NCBI GenBank assembly: GCA_030538475.1
Contig: JAUNTX010000009.1
Location: forward strand, 9,618-73,617
Length of the DNA stretch: 64,000 bases
Reading direction: 5' to 3'
Source: Dermabacter sp.
GTDB lineage: Bacteria; Actinomycetota; Actinomycetes; Actinomycetales; Dermabacteraceae
The notes beneath the pieces were generated by a model that was given only the letters and a program-made list of their open reading frames with translations, did no database searches and was not told where the DNA came from. Positions 62,888-64,000 of this stretch are shown here, piece after piece. Made by a program: the position numbers and the translations under genes. Within the stretch, counting starts at the first letter, position 1. Every line of letters starts with the position of its first letter.

Positions 62888-63886
62888 GTGGCGGCTCCTC
62901 CCACCATCGCCGTGCTCGGTGCAGGCAGCTGGGGCACCGTGTTTTCCACGGTGCTCGAGGCCGCGGGCGCCCGCGTTCACCTCTGGGCCAGGCGGCCCGA
63001 GGTCGCGCACGAGATCAACGAGCGGCACACGAACACCGCCTACCTTCCGGGCCTCACCCTCGGCCCCGCCATTCGGGCATTCGCCGAGGTGGGGCAGGCC
63101 ATTGACGGTGTGGATGGCATCGTGCTCGCCGTCCCCGCCCAGTCCCTTCGCGGCGCCTTCGCCGCGTGGCCCACGCTGCCGGACGTGCCCGTGCTCTCCC
63201 TCATCAAGGGGATCGAGCAGGGCACGGACCTGCGAATCTCCGAACTCATGACCGAGGTGGGTGGCATCGGCGCTGACCGTATCGCCGTCCTGTCCGGCCC
63301 AAACCTCGCCGGGGAGATCGCCCAGCAGCAGCCGTGCGCGTCGGTCGTGGCAAGCAGCAACGCCGACGTGGCCCGCACCGTGGCCACGTGGTGCCGGGCG
63401 CCGTGGTTTCGCACCTACGTGAGCGAGGATGTCATCGGCGTCGAAGTCGCGGGCGCGATGAAGAACGTCATCGCGACCGCGGTCGGAGCCGCGGCAGGGC
63501 TCGGCTACGGCGATAACTCCCGCGCCTCGCTCATCACGCGCGGGCTCGCGGAGATGAGCCGCATGGGCACCGCGCTCGGCGCCTCACCCGCCACGTTCGC
63601 CGGCCTCGCAGGCATGGGGGACCTCGTGGCCACGTGCGCCTCGCCGCTGTCCCGAAACTTCCGGCTGGGCCGCGCCCTCGGGGAGGGTATGAGCCTTGAG
63701 GCGGCAACCGTGGCCGTCGGCCAGACCGCCGAAGGCGTCGCGACCGCCCGCGCCATCGCCGAGGTCGCGAGTGCGAAAGGCATCGACGTGCCCATCACGA
63801 GCGCTCTCGTCGATGTCATCGACCACGGCCGCGACATCGCCGATGTCACCACCGCCCTCCTGTCCCGCTCCGTGAGAGCCGAATGA
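62888..63886 (+). CDS. gpsA: NAD(P)H-dependent glycerol-3-phosphate dehydrogenase
   Basis: [17 protein letters not shown]… and [11 protein letters not shown]. The start could lie further upstream at 62819. Confidence 0.88.
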   Translation: MAAPPTIAVLGAGSWGTVFSTVLEAAGARVHLWARRPEVAHEINERHTNTAYLPGLTLGPAIRAFAEVGQAIDGVDGIVLAVPAQSLRGAFAAWPTLPDVPVLSLIKGIEQGTDLRISELMTEVGGIGADRIAVLSGPNLAGEIAQQQPCASVVASSNADVARTVATWCRAPWFRTYVSEDVIGVEVAGAMKNVIATAVGAAAGLGYGDNSRASLITRGLAEMSRMGTALGASPATFAGLAGMGDLVATCASPLSRNFRLGRALGEGMSLEAATVAVGQTAEGVATARAIAEVASAKGIDVPITSALVDVIDHGRDIADVTTALLSRSVRAE

Positions 63887-64000
63887 AGGAAGCCCCTGTG
63901 ATCACTGTTGCCCTCCTCTTTGGTGGCCGTTCCGGCGAGCACGGCATCTCGTGCGTGACCGCGGGCTCGATCCTGCGCCAGATCGACCGGACGCGCTTTC
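63883..64000 (+). CDS. ddl: D-alanine--D-alanine ligase, N-terminal fragment (runs off the window end)
   Basis: [30 protein letters not shown] is the Ddl N-terminus; ATGA overlap with the gpsA stop. Confidence 0.75.
   Translation, partial: MKEAPVITVALLFGGRSGEHGISCVTAGSILRQIDRTRF

Overview
The window is high-GC (about 70 %) chromosomal DNA from an Actinomycetota genome. Gene order largely matches the mycobacterial/corynebacterial core region that runs glgX … iscS-mnmA-(MetE-like)-ligA … gatCAB … ilvD, ilvBNC, serA, leuB, ilvE, cimA/leuA … FAH-gltX-tRNA(Gln)-tRNA(Glu) … ltbR/leuCD-murA-gpsA-ddl. All calls rest on sequence and the supplied ORF translations only; no searches were run.

Several accessory modules sit inside this backbone:
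- A Bat-like MoxR operon at 967-6307 (MoxR ATPase, DUF58, small TM protein, two VWA proteins, a TM/acidic-tail protein).
- A second, divergent MoxR module on the minus strand at 9840-14148 (DUF4129-like, TM protein, MoxR, DUF58, TM protein).
- A complete six-gene mevalonate pathway operon (mvk, mvaD, pmk, fni, HMG-CoA reductase, HMG-CoA synthase) between gltX and tRNA-Gln.
- An AbiEi/AbiEii toxin-antitoxin (abortive-infection) pair between tRNA-Gln and tRNA-Glu, with a perfect inverted-repeat operator.
- A galactitol-type PTS catabolic operon on the minus strand (DeoR regulator, EIIA/B/C, dehydrogenase, PfkB kinase, class II aldolase).
- An ArsD-like protein without cysteines, a DUF3516-type DEAD/DEAH helicase, an EEP nuclease/phosphatase, and a DUF1969/DUF2334-like hypothetical.

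Other features:
- A classic ilvBNC leader peptide ([13 protein letters not shown]) with an attenuator terminator.
- Several intrinsic terminators.
- Many large ORFs antisense to real genes, which I treat as high-GC artefacts.
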